This document shows positions 9,697 to 20,400 of a DNA stretch of 64,000 nt, piece by piece. Positions within the stretch are counted from its first letter, which is position 1. Each line of letters opens with the position of its first letter. Both the position numbers and the translations under genes were made by a program. The DNA is from a virus (lineage: Duplodnaviria; Caudoviricetes), in IMG/VR virus record IMGVR_UViG_3300038412_000083, positions 10,051-74,050 of that record; one strand, given 5' to 3'. The notes below the pieces were generated by a model. The model had not been told where the DNA came from. It ran no database searches and worked only from the letters and a program-made list of their open reading frames with translations.

Positions 9697-11007
9697 TTAA
9701 GCTGCAACACCTGATTGTTTAGCAACCTGGTTAGCACCAAGTACTTCAAGACCTTGATAGGTTTCCCAATGCGCCTGCCAGTTAGCAACTGTTCCATTTC
9801 CGTTAGGAGATAGAGCACCAGTATGCCATTCACCAATCATTTCATTTCCACCAGGGAAAGAATGTTGTAAATACCTGATCTGAATACGAGGCTGCATTCC
9901 ACCGCCTTCAACATTTACTTTTCCGGTAGGAACCCAATAGATGGCTTTCTTAATAGAATCAGTAAACAACTGAGGATGAGAGAAAATTGGCATCGGTATC
10001 AAAGAATATTTACGGCTACCGAAAGTGTAGCTGTCAACAGTCAAGTCGAGATCCTTGCCGTCAATATTCATACGTCCAGACTGTATGCCACTTGAACCGA
10101 GTGCTTTAAAATAAGTATCGTAAACGATCTTAGAAGCATCAGAACAGTAACCCATGTATTCCAAAGGAGCTTTTGCGGCATTTAATTTAGACGCAAAGTC
10201 GGCCAAATCTGCAGTGACAAGTGTTCCGGCAGTAGCAAGTGTATCAGCAATACCGTAAGTGGTAGCATACTGATCAAGACCTCTTGTTTTTTGAAGCGGT
10301 TTACCGTTGGCATCTACCAGAGCAGGTGAAGCATCACCGTATCTTGTAGCAGAAATTTGTCCACCGATCATTGCGATATCCACAGAGGCGGTCAATGCCT
10401 GTACTTTCTTCGCGTGTTCGTAAACACCATAAAGAGCCTGTCCGTTATAATTGAACTCAATAGGAGTTACCTTTTGAATATCAGTGATAACGTCAATTTC
10501 CCTGAATGCCTGGATTAAGTTTGAGTATTTTGTTACATCATACTTCCTGTTAGTCACAGCATCACTTTCTTCACCTACTACGTTACCGTTGTAAATCAGT
10601 GCATTTCCTGATACCAATGTAAGGGCTGTTCCGTCGCCGGAGTTTATAACCAAAGTATCAACGCCGGAAGAAGTGCTTACACTGTAAACAACTCCATCAT
10701 TACCGGCTGGAAATTTAGCCACATCACCTACACGCCAGAATCCGTTTCCTGCAGTTAAAGCAGTAGTTACGGCAGTAGTACCGGAGCCAGAAGTAGTACC
10801 AACAGTAGTAGCAACGAACAAGTCGCTGTTTACGAAGTGGTGGTATTCCGGCATTTTGCATTTCTTAGTTCTGCCAAGCAACTGCATTGTTTTTAAAAAT
10901 CCTGTATCATTCGCTGCATCTATCAATGCAGGATTGATGTCACGTTGGTCAAGCATATCAATAGCTGACACATACGCCTTATTTAGAGTACCCCTTGTAA
11001 TAGCCAT
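9697..11007 (-). CDS. Major capsid protein
   Basis: 436 aa, follows portal and acidic scaffold, followed by a strong terminator; HK97-type motifs (KYSNLIQAFREIDVITDIQ; RGLDQY). Confidence 0.8.
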   Translation of the reverse strand: MAITRGTLNKAYVSAIDMLDQRDINPALIDAANDTGFLKTMQLLGRTKKCKMPEYHHFVNSDLFVATTVGTTSGSGTTAVTTALTAGNGFWRVGDVAKFPAGNDGVVYSVSTSSGVDTLVINSGDGTALTLVSGNALIYNGNVVGEESDAVTNRKYDVTKYSNLIQAFREIDVITDIQKVTPIEFNYNGQALYGVYEHAKKVQALTASVDIAMIGGQISATRYGDASPALVDANGKPLQKTRGLDQYATTYGIADTLATAGTLVTADLADFASKLNAAKAPLEYMGYCSDASKIVYDTYFKALGSSGIQSGRMNIDGKDLDLTVDSYTFGSRKYSLIPMPIFSHPQLFTDSIKKAIYWVPTGKVNVEGGGMQPRIQIRYLQHSFPGGNEMIGEWHTGALSPNGNGTVANWQAHWETYQGLEVLGANQVAKQSGVAA

Positions 11008-11037
11008 TATTAAAAAATTAGATTGTTATAAAAGTTG

Positions 11038-12144
11038 TTAATTCGATTCTTTGAACTTTCCGAACTTAGCAAGAGCCTGTGCCGGTGTCAATGACGTATC
11101 AGTAATTGACGGGGCCGAATCTTTCTTTGTAGGGTTTTGAAGTTCATCGAATGCCTTTTTTTTGCCTATCGTTTCTCCATGAGATATGAGCATCTGCTCA
11201 ATTTTGTCCATGTTGGCTATATAGGCTTTAGCCTTGTAAACTTTTGCGAGGTCAGCATTCCCTTTCTTATCAACCAAGTCATTAAATAAAAGGTTAGGGT
11301 TAAGGGCAGTTTCTACCAAGTCTTTAGGCTTTTCAACGTTGAAGTTGAAGGCTGTTTCTCCGCTACCGTAAACAAGTTTCTTGTCTTTAAGTAGGGTTTT
11401 GGTTTGGTCGCTCTCATCCACGAAACTCTTGTACTCATTGTACTTAGCCTCTTGTTCTGCCTGTTGACGCTGTGCACTGTCATCAACAGGCTTCTCCGGT
11501 GCTTTAAACTTGCTTTGTGTTTCTATTAACCCTTTTCTGATTTTATTAGCTTCGTGTTTCAATAACTCCCTGCCCAGTTCTGCGGCGGCCTCTCCGTTTA
11601 CTTCCGCATCAAGTTTATACTGTTCATTTACTTTTTGTTCGTAAAGCATGTCGAACACCTTGTCCGGCATATCCTTGTACTGTTGGCGCAGGTCATGTTT
11701 CATAATCTGCTCGTCAGTGAACTTTGAGTAATCAACCGTCTTAGCTTCCAAGTAAGGTGTTAAATCCCCTGTCTGCTCTTTATATTTTAAAAGGTCAATA
11801 TCAAAATCGTCAAAACCCAGTTTTTTAAGGGCTTCATACTTATCAATCTTTTTAAGTTCCTCGTCAAAGTTTAAAACTGGTACTACTACCTTTTCTTCTT
11901 TAACTTCTTCCGGCTTTTCTTCCGGTATTTCCACTTTTTCATCTACCTTTTCCTCGGCAGGTTTTTCTTCTACTTTTTCCTCCGGCACTTTTGCCACCTT
12001 TTCTTCGGCTGGTTTTTCATCTGCCTCTACTTCCGGTTCGTCAGGGTCAACCAATGAAATATCACCGCTTTTTGCTCCCTCAAAAGGATTATAGGCTATA
12101 CCGCCTTTACCTTCTAAGGCATCATAGAATTTTTTTATGAACAT
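11038..12144 (-). CDS. Capsid scaffolding protein
   Basis: Very E/K/P-rich, coiled-coil, between portal and MCP. Confidence 0.7.
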   Translation of the reverse strand: MFIKKFYDALEGKGGIAYNPFEGAKSGDISLVDPDEPEVEADEKPAEEKVAKVPEEKVEEKPAEEKVDEKVEIPEEKPEEVKEEKVVVPVLNFDEELKKIDKYEALKKLGFDDFDIDLLKYKEQTGDLTPYLEAKTVDYSKFTDEQIMKHDLRQQYKDMPDKVFDMLYEQKVNEQYKLDAEVNGEAAAELGRELLKHEANKIRKGLIETQSKFKAPEKPVDDSAQRQQAEQEAKYNEYKSFVDESDQTKTLLKDKKLVYGSGETAFNFNVEKPKDLVETALNPNLLFNDLVDKKGNADLAKVYKAKAYIANMDKIEQMLISHGETIGKKKAFDELQNPTKKDSAPSITDTSLTPAQALAKFGKFKESN

Positions 12145-12181
12145 AATTTGTTGTTTAGTGGGGTAAACTATTTTCTAAAAA

Positions 12182-12235
12182 CAAAATTAGAATGATAGAT
12201 ACATAGTGTATCTCAAAATAAGGGGAGAAATATTT
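12182..12235 (-). promoter_or_regulatory. Tripartite late promoter, copy 2
   Basis: AAATATTTCTCCCC, 9 nt, GATACACTATGTATC (12212-12198), 8 nt, TAATTTTG. Confidence 0.85.
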
Positions 12236-12238
12236 GGT

Positions 12239-12294
12239 AGCCGTTAGCCGCAACCACCCCAATTGTGAAATGCGGCTGTCTATATCGGCTTTTT
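12239..12294. other. Long interrupted hairpin between the portal stop and the late promoter
   Basis: AGCCG/CGGCT and AGCCGCA/TGCGGCT nested stems; the T run lies on the plus-strand side. Confidence 0.5.
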
Positions 12295-14695
12295 ATCCAG
12301 CCATTGCAGGCTGTGGAGACTGTTGTGGTGCTCCTTGTTGCGATTGCTGATCAGGTGGTGGCTGTAATGGTGGCAACCCTGATTGATCTGGTTGTCCTTG
12401 TTGTGGTTGTCCTGCCATACCTTGTCCGGCACCTGCCGGAGTATCACCTGCCGCACTCATAGCTTGCGTAATTATTTTAGCATTTGCCCCTATTATAGTG
12501 GCTGTATCTGCTGTTTTATTTTTAAGTTCCTGAACGGCAAGATTACCTTCAATTTCCCTGTTCAAATACTCCATATCGTATTGATGTTTCAGCGCTTCAC
12601 CCTGTTGTTTTAACTTCTCTGACACCATAACCGACTGCTGCTGCCCTTGAATAGTCTGCTGATTATTCTGTAAAGCGTTCTGCTGCATCAAGGCTTTATT
12701 TTTCTTCACCTTGTAAGCGAGTAACTGGTACGCTTGCCTTGATGAGTACATATCAAGTATAATCAAAACGTCTGAAAGGTCTAAATATCCCGCTGCTATA
12801 TTCGGCTGCATCTCCTGAATGATTAACTGCTTTATTTCATCCGTAGGGCGTACTTCGCAGGCGATAGCAAACTCATGTAAAGCAAGATTAGGTGAGACGG
12901 TTATCAACTTCACTCCATTTCCACCGAGGGCATTAATATAACCGCCATAATCGCCTCTTTTTAACGCTATCTGTAACCTCATAAAACAACTACGTGCCAA
13001 CTTTTCAAGCAAGCATTTTTCAGCATCTATAATTCCAAAGAGTGCGTTGTTTGCACTTTCCATATTTGCCTGGATAAGTCCGTTAGGCATCCTGTCTTGT
13101 CCTGCAGTACTTCCGTCAGTTAATTCATTTAAACCGCTTATATCCCTTATCTGTGCGATAATAGAAGTCATGTGCTGATATAAAGCAAGCATTTCCTGTG
13201 CAAAGGAAGTTTGTATAACTTCAACCGGTTTATAATTAATGTTATTATTAGCGTTGTCTTTCTTTCTATAAACCAAAAGCTGGCTCTGAAAGAACATATC
13301 GAGTACTTCCGAAGGTTTTAAGTTTTCTCCACCTTGTCCGAGGGCGACATCTTCAATAGCATCCAAATCTATTGCCCATCCAAAAGGCATCATCCGGTTA
13401 TTTAAGTTCTGCACTTTATAAACAAGCAACTGGTATTCATCAGCCATAGGTATCAACTGTTCCATGATTGACAAAACTCTCATTTCATGGAAGTCTGGAG
13501 CATAAAAAGAATAACTTAATTCTGTCTTAGCAGCCTTCTTAGTATTAGTAGAACGCGGCTGATCTTTTGCGATCCCAAAATCATAACAAAAATCAGTTCC
13601 GATAATCCATTTACACTTATAAACTACTTCTATAGTTTTAGGAATATACTTAGGCTGTTCCTTGCCGTCAATTACGATAGTTTTATCTGAATCTTTTTTA
13701 GAGTATTTCGCATTGGCAAAGGCTAAATTCCCTTTGGCATCCACGTTTTGCTCTTTGACAATAGTGTTATAGGTTATCCATTCACAGTCTAATACTTTGA
13801 TCTTTGAGGGGTCGTGTCTGTAGATGGTAAATATTGAACCTAAAGGACGCTGCTGGTTGTCCGTTTGGGCTACTCCTTTTAAATATTCCATTGTTTCAGC
13901 ATCAAACTGTTTGGATATTTCAGTTAAAGGAACTTCTATAATCTCCCCTGCATATGAAAGGTCTCTAAAGTCTCTTTTGCGGCAATAGTTAGTCAGAATA
14001 TTTCTTAAATCACACACTCTGAATCGCACCCTTCCGTTTGCATCTGTCCATACTTTTTGTCCACCTACGCCATAGTCAAATAAATTCTCAAACTGCAGTT
14101 TTCTATGTTCGTAAATATCGTTATCGGTATCATTGAAAATTACTCCCACACCTTCTTCGGCCTCAATAGATAGATTGGTTTTTGAACCGTAGTCCATCTG
14201 CATCTGCAGTTCTTCCATATCTTCGGGATCACCAAATTTTTTCTTAAAAGCAGGTAAGTCGGCAAGTTGAGGCTGTTGTTGTAAAATTTTTTCCCGAAGA
14301 ATCATCTTCGCCTTTATGTCGCTGTAATATTTTGATACCTCATCGCGGGCCAAAGGGTCAATGGGATGAAAATTTACATTGTATTCGGCCTTTTCCAGTT
14401 TACCGAGTGCTATCCTCCTGAATTTGGAAACAATAGGACGTATTGACCAGTCAATATTAAGGTAAGAACTATCATCTTCTTTATCTACTCCCATACCTTT
14501 TTGATACTTAGCAAGAATCTGGTAGCCAAGAGCATAAGATTTTATCCTTTCATACTTATCGGCAGCATGAGAAAAGAGTGTTTTAGGCACTACATGAATC
14601 CAGTTATTATAAATAGCTTCGGCATATCTCTTACAGTAGTCCTGATTTTTCAATTTAGGGTCTATGCTGTCTGCCGGAAAAGTTGAATCACTCAT
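12293..14695 (-). CDS. Portal protein
   Basis: 800 aa between TerL and scaffold; FPADSIDP...YAEAIYNNW N-terminus typical of large Bacteroidota podovirus portals; Q-rich C-terminus. Confidence 0.8.
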   Translation of the reverse strand: MSDSTFPADSIDPKLKNQDYCKRYAEAIYNNWIHVVPKTLFSHAADKYERIKSYALGYQILAKYQKGMGVDKEDDSSYLNIDWSIRPIVSKFRRIALGKLEKAEYNVNFHPIDPLARDEVSKYYSDIKAKMILREKILQQQPQLADLPAFKKKFGDPEDMEELQMQMDYGSKTNLSIEAEEGVGVIFNDTDNDIYEHRKLQFENLFDYGVGGQKVWTDANGRVRFRVCDLRNILTNYCRKRDFRDLSYAGEIIEVPLTEISKQFDAETMEYLKGVAQTDNQQRPLGSIFTIYRHDPSKIKVLDCEWITYNTIVKEQNVDAKGNLAFANAKYSKKDSDKTIVIDGKEQPKYIPKTIEVVYKCKWIIGTDFCYDFGIAKDQPRSTNTKKAAKTELSYSFYAPDFHEMRVLSIMEQLIPMADEYQLLVYKVQNLNNRMMPFGWAIDLDAIEDVALGQGGENLKPSEVLDMFFQSQLLVYRKKDNANNNINYKPVEVIQTSFAQEMLALYQHMTSIIAQIRDISGLNELTDGSTAGQDRMPNGLIQANMESANNALFGIIDAEKCLLEKLARSCFMRLQIALKRGDYGGYINALGGNGVKLITVSPNLALHEFAIACEVRPTDEIKQLIIQEMQPNIAAGYLDLSDVLIILDMYSSRQAYQLLAYKVKKNKALMQQNALQNNQQTIQGQQQSVMVSEKLKQQGEALKHQYDMEYLNREIEGNLAVQELKNKTADTATIIGANAKIITQAMSAAGDTPAGAGQGMAGQPQQGQPDQSGLPPLQPPPDQQSQQGAPQQSPQPAMAG

Positions 14696-16758
14696 GCTGT
14701 TTTGTATTTTTTAACGTAATCAGTTATTGGCCTTAATTTGCCAGGGTCTCTTTTAATAATTTTGTATTTGTCAGCCCACAGTGTCCACATAGAAGCCATA
14801 GTTTCATCTTCTTTTTGGGTATCGTTGACATTGAATTTTATCCAGCTTTGGAGTAATCTTTTGAAGTAAACTTTATCAAGATTTTCGTTTATGTATTCTT
14901 CAAGAAGATCAACGCCTGATTGCTTATTGGCAGGGCTAGCCGGAATACCGGAATCTTTATAATCGTCAAGTTGTATAAGGAATGAATTGCAATTATTATC
15001 TCTGAAGTAAGTACGAACTCCGGGTTTATTACTTTCAAATAATAGTGAGCACCCGAAGTAAAAGCAAGCCTTTAAAACATCGTCGTACATCATAGCCGCC
15101 GTCGCTGGCCTGTAAACGTATTCCATGACAAATGCCTTATTATAAGGATCGGAAGGCTTCATAGGATTATGCTTCTTAAACACATAAAAAGCAGCATTTG
15201 ACTTCCGGTTATCCTCCGTTATGTCATGATCATAAGGATCTAAACCAATAACATACTTTGAAGTGTTGGCCGGTTGATAACCGTTGCCTCTTTTCATTAC
15301 ATTATTAATATCAGTTTCGTTATCAAACTTGAATCCGGTACAGATATAAAACTTGCCTGAATTTTTATTAGGAACGAAATTTACTTTGGTAAGATGTTCG
15401 CCTTTATCCCAAACTAAATCACCTCTTTGAACCATATTTGTCCATCCTATTTCGTCTATACGTTCGTGTAGTTTTGATTGCGGGAAGTGGCACGTATTAG
15501 AAGTAATTCTAAAAGCCTGTATAACATCAAAAGGATTTTTCCTCATGTCAGCTATAAGGTCTGATTCGCTATCCTGGTACTGCCTTTGAGAATCTTTTAT
15601 ACGCTGTTTTTCTTTGGCTTCATCGCAGTAACCGTACTTGTCGTATTTACCTGATCTGTACGCCGGCATAAAAAAGCAATACAGTTCACCGCCCCTTTCT
15701 ACTGAATCTGAAACGGGCATTCTCCTTAGTTGATCATTCTGCGCCCAAAACTTATCACCTTTGTATTTAACACCTATTTCCTCTACCGTAGAAGTGTAAA
15801 GGATTTTTCCTGTTATAGCTCCGGTATGATCAGTAGCACAATACTTAATAACAAGGTGTCTTTTAAAACAATCTACCTCAGTCTTAAAGACTTCATCCAC
15901 AACGCCCCTTTTAAGTTTGTGACCATCATACGCTTTGGGTTTTGAATCCATGAAAGTCAGGTAAGAACCAAGTTCCTGCCCATTATTGTGAATGTTATTG
16001 TTCTTGCCTTTTACCGAAGGTTGAGTGAAACTAATATCACTTTTTAGAGTGCTTGAAGTGTCCCATATTGGAACAAAGAAAGAAGCAAGCCTTTTAAACG
16101 GAGATACGATAGTTTTAGAGAAAAATTCAGAAGCAGAATCTTTGTTGTAAGATATAATACCACCCTCAATAGTTCCGTAGGTTCTTGAAAGACTTTCAAA
16201 CAACATACAACCAGCAAAGAAGGATTTTCCGTCACGCCTTTTTCTTACCTCAATCATCCCTACCGCGTGCGGATCTTCAACCACTACCTGCCACAAATAA
16301 GCCTTTTCCAAGTCTATGATACGAAAGTCTGGATAACCGGAATCAAGGTGCCAATAGTTAAGGAAGAAATAGTGAAGGCCGGTAATGTAAACCGGAACAC
16401 CGTTGTTCCAAAACCATACACCGTACATTCTCCTATGCCACTCCTGTATTCTAAAAGCGTCAAGGTCTGGATCAGAATAGCCAACATCTTCAACGGGTCT
16501 GTTTGAGGCTTCTGCAGCCCTCTTTTCCGCAGCTTTTACTTCTTCGTCTTTTTTCTTCTCTATTAAGGCTTTCTTTTCAAAATCTTTGGGTAATAGAGTT
16601 CTTTCCCAGTATTGTTCTTCTTTTTTACCGGAACGCTTAATAATATCCGTCGGTTTTAAAGCACCCGTTTCTGAATGACTACCCATCCCCAAAGGAGGTA
16701 TGTAGCAGGTAACACCTTCTAAAATTATAGAGCTTCCATCTGGTATAGGATTATACAC
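14692..16758 (-). CDS. terL: Terminase large subunit
   Basis: Walker A-like KRRDGKS, Walker B VVDE, nuclease acidic motifs IGLDPYD and DETMA. Confidence 0.9.
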   Translation of the reverse strand: MYNPIPDGSSIILEGVTCYIPPLGMGSHSETGALKPTDIIKRSGKKEEQYWERTLLPKDFEKKALIEKKKDEEVKAAEKRAAEASNRPVEDVGYSDPDLDAFRIQEWHRRMYGVWFWNNGVPVYITGLHYFFLNYWHLDSGYPDFRIIDLEKAYLWQVVVEDPHAVGMIEVRKRRDGKSFFAGCMLFESLSRTYGTIEGGIISYNKDSASEFFSKTIVSPFKRLASFFVPIWDTSSTLKSDISFTQPSVKGKNNNIHNNGQELGSYLTFMDSKPKAYDGHKLKRGVVDEVFKTEVDCFKRHLVIKYCATDHTGAITGKILYTSTVEEIGVKYKGDKFWAQNDQLRRMPVSDSVERGGELYCFFMPAYRSGKYDKYGYCDEAKEKQRIKDSQRQYQDSESDLIADMRKNPFDVIQAFRITSNTCHFPQSKLHERIDEIGWTNMVQRGDLVWDKGEHLTKVNFVPNKNSGKFYICTGFKFDNETDINNVMKRGNGYQPANTSKYVIGLDPYDHDITEDNRKSNAAFYVFKKHNPMKPSDPYNKAFVMEYVYRPATAAMMYDDVLKACFYFGCSLLFESNKPGVRTYFRDNNCNSFLIQLDDYKDSGIPASPANKQSGVDLLEEYINENLDKVYFKRLLQSWIKFNVNDTQKEDETMASMWTLWADKYKIIKRDPGKLRPITDYVKKYKTA

Positions 16759-17341
16759 GCGCCATAGTTTCGGGTGAAATACGATTGTTTATTACCTGTT
16801 CTCTCAAATCATCATCTTCAAAAATCTCTTTGTAATATTCTTTGAGTATAGTGTGTATCTCCTTTAAGTCCTGCACCAGCTTAGATTTCAGGACTATCGT
16901 AGCCATTACGTCCTTTTCTTTTGTAGTATCCTTATCATCCTCTACCGGCTTCATTAATCGCTCATTGTACTCATAAAAAGTTTGCTCATGTGATACAATC
17001 ATTGACCATGTTCTGTCATGAATAAACTCTTTTAGGAACTTTATAGCTTTGGCTGCGGCTTCTTTATTTTTGAATGAGTAAACACTATCTAAAAAATCGC
17101 TGTCTTTTTGCAGGTCGAATCCGGCGAGTTTTGCCGCTTCCTGTTTCCGTGTTTTAATGTTGCGTATATCCCGTATGAAAGGAGATTTAGGATCATAGAG
17201 AAAGAGAATATATTTAAGCACTTTTTCACCATGCTCCCCTTGTGGTAGCAAGTCTTTTAAAGCAGGATATTTGCCAGTTAAGTCCTTAGCGAAAGGATTA
17301 AATAAACAATTTTTAAACGATTCCTGTGAGTAATCGGCCAT
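16751..17341 (-). CDS. Putative terminase small subunit
   Basis: 196 aa, helical, overlaps the TerL start; assigned by position only. Confidence 0.45.
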   Translation of the reverse strand: MADYSQESFKNCLFNPFAKDLTGKYPALKDLLPQGEHGEKVLKYILFLYDPKSPFIRDIRNIKTRKQEAAKLAGFDLQKDSDFLDSVYSFKNKEAAAKAIKFLKEFIHDRTWSMIVSHEQTFYEYNERLMKPVEDDKDTTKEKDVMATIVLKSKLVQDLKEIHTILKEYYKEIFEDDDLREQVINNRISPETMARV

Positions 17342-17357
17342 AATAATATTTCTCCAA

Positions 17358-17411
17358 CAAAATTAATCCTGTCGGTACAGTATGTATCGTAAAATGCGAG
17401 GAGAAATATTT
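17358..17411 (-). promoter_or_regulatory. Tripartite late promoter, copy 3
   Basis: AAATATTTCTCCTC, 9 nt, GATACATACTGTACC (17388-17374), 8 nt, TAATTTTG. Confidence 0.85.
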
Positions 17412-17421
17412 GTTTATTATT

Positions 17422-17436
17422 GATACATAGTGTAAT
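17422..17436. promoter_or_regulatory. Imperfect extra operator copy
   Basis: GATACATAGTGTAAT versus consensus GRTACA-N3-TGTAYC. Confidence 0.55.
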
Positions 17437-17469
17437 TACACCTTGAAGCATTAGGAATAAAGTCATGAA

Positions 17470-20400
17470 TTATTCCCCTATCTGCTGTTTAAATTCAGCC
17501 GTTTTTATTGCCTTTTCATGTGCTTTGATTTTAGCATCATGCTTTTCTAAATTAGTTTCGTGTGGTTTCTTAGCCTCTTTTTCTGCCAATAATTTCTTAA
17601 GTACTTCCTGCCGCCATCCAGGTACGCCCATTTTTATATTATCCATGAAGGTTTTAGGATAAATACCTACTTCATAAGGCTTCACTTTTTCTTCGTGTCC
17701 TGATTTTATTCCAAACTTATTAAGTACAGGTATTTGTCCTTGTGCAATCTCAGAACTGGTAGTAGAAAATGGTGTTCTTGCTTTTATGAAGTTAGCAGCG
17801 GCTTTCCCCAATCCTTTACCGGTAACAAGCGGGTTAATAACTGTGCTGGCTGATTGAAGATACGGAGAAGATGAGCCTACGCTTCTTGCGTTTTCTGCAA
17901 GTACATTCGGAAGGGAACCCATGAATGTTGACATACTTGCTTCGCCGGGGTGTTCTTGATCATATTTATCCCATACCCATCCATGCGAAACGCCGGCATT
18001 AAATACAAGGGCATCCGGAAAGTGAGAAAGTGTTTCATATAATTTTAACCAGGGACTTTCTTCATCACCCTGTTTTTGTTGGGCATATTTACTTGCAGAA
18101 GATTGGTAGAATGGATTAAAGTGAGAGTGCAACGCATATCCGAGAGCATACGTAAGCGCACCAACGCCCTGAAAAGTAAGCGTTCTAAGTAATACAGATT
18201 TTTCGTTTTCTGAAAGTGGTGAATCCTTACCTAAAGCATTGGAAAATATCTTAAATATTGGTTTATACGCCGCTGTCATTCCAACCACAGGCATTTTAGT
18301 CAAGGCTTCACTAATGTAGTTGGAAGAAATCTTAGTGATTGGCGCAAGTCCTTTTACTAATTCAGCCCCGTTAGGCATTCCCCTTCTTCTTAAACCCTCC
18401 TCCATATCACCTTGTAATTTTGTTACAAAGTTATCCTGCATAAATTTAGCACGTAAAGACTTCCTAAAGGCACGTTGATTAATAGCTTCCTGCAAAGTAG
18501 CATTGCCTAGTTCTTCCGGTTTCACACCTTCCCTGATTAGGTTGGCGCCAATAGTTTTTTGATACGCCCTATATTCGGGTAGAGAAACAAGAGACTTTTC
18601 TGCACCATGAAGTGAAGCATTCTTATCTAATACCTTCATTGTTTGGAAGAAGGAGTTTTGTATAAAAGTTTTCATACCTGTTACCTTTATATCTGGGATA
18701 GGTAACTTCTTATAATTGCGGCCAAGAGTTAAATCTTCCTTCGTATTGTGATTTTTAAAGGCAAACTTCATATCCTGAAAGTTCTCTTTACTGAATAAAG
18801 TAGAATAGAAGGTAGCAATATGTTCAGCAAGATCGTGTCTGGTTGTTATAGCTTCCGTATGAGCACCTTTTGCAAGTTCCGGAAACATTTTACTTACTCC
18901 ATATTTTACGGCTTCTGTTGGCGCTTTAAATGTAGCCCTCCCAATTACGGAACCTATGATACGTGCAAGGATGACGGGATTGGATATTAAAACACCGTTG
19001 ACGAACCTGTTACCCCAATGTATAGCCTTACCAAGAGCACCCATATTATTAAACTCCCGTATGCCTATCATGTTATCAACATCATTCTTAACTTTTTGTT
19101 GTTCGGCACGTAGTTTTAAGGCTTCAGCATCAAGTACGGTTTTCTTCTTAACCCTGTCAGCCAAAAGTTTATCAAGATTATTAGTATCTCTGATTTCTTT
19201 AAGATACGCAGTTCTCTTAGCGATATTTTTCTTCATGGCCTCCAACTTCCGGCGATTGGTTTCACCTTCGGCATCCATAAGTTTATTATAGACGTTCTTT
19301 AAATCTTCACGTTTCTTTTTGAGCGCATCAAGGCTTTCACTTTTAAGATCGGTTTTCTTATTTTGTGAGAAGTCTTTATTGGAAATACGTTCAGTTAATT
19401 TGTCAATAGATTTTTGAACGGCTTTTGAGGCTCTCTCTATTCTATCTTCATCAGTTAATTCCTTGTTGGTGCCGAATACTTTATCATACTCATCACGTAA
19501 ATCATCTCTTTGCGCTTTCAGATCGTTTGCTTCCTGATCATACTCAATCCCTTTTCTGTCCTTAACGATTTTTTCATTACGGTCAATAGCATCGGATAAA
19601 TCCTCAATCTGATTTTTTAAACGGGTTTTTGCGGCATCCAGGGAAGTCTTGATTTGTTCTTCCGGTGACTTAACCTGAATATTATTGTCTTTTATAGCCT
19701 TGTTAAGCTCTTTTTGCAGCCTTCGTTGTTCAGGTGTAGGCTTATCTCTTTGAGCGCCGGATTTAAGCGGATTTTCGCCCTTGTTGGCAAGTTCTATACT
19801 ACTTACTAATCTACCTTGTGCGGTAATATCTCTAAAGGCTTTTTCTACCGGATTATCATTTGGCTTTTTAATCTTGCCGTAGCCTGTGATAGCATCACGT
19901 ACAGAAGTTTTATCAATATCAGGATTCCCAAGAGCATCAACAACGTCTTTATGTACCCTGTCAATTATTTTATCCAGTATAGCTTCTTTACCAACAGCCA
20001 AACCTTCCTCGATATAACTTTTAGCCAACTTTACAAGATCGGGCACCATGTCAAGAGGAATGATATTGTTCATACCAGCACTTCCACCCTTAATATGATT
20101 TTGCCACTTGTTTTTTAAAGAGGCTTTTATATTTTCACGCTCAAATTTTATCTTCTCTATGGTACGCTTACCTTGTGATTTTACCTGTGATTTTACTTCT
20201 TTTGCAAGGTTGTCAAGTGCGCCCTGTTGGTCTGCATTATTTTTACGATTTTCTTTCTCACCTTCGATAAGTAATTTAAGGTCGCTTATTTCCTTTTCTG
20301 CTTCGGCCTGCTTCGACTGCATATCCTGAATAGACAAGTCTTTGCTTTCAACCTGTTTTGCAAGGTCTCTTAATTTATCTTTTACGTGCTCAGGTATATC

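Noticed and set aside
11038-12144. DFDID motif suggesting an RNA polymerase active site
   Set aside because: It lies in a 368-aa acidic coiled-coil protein at the scaffold position and is most likely chance.
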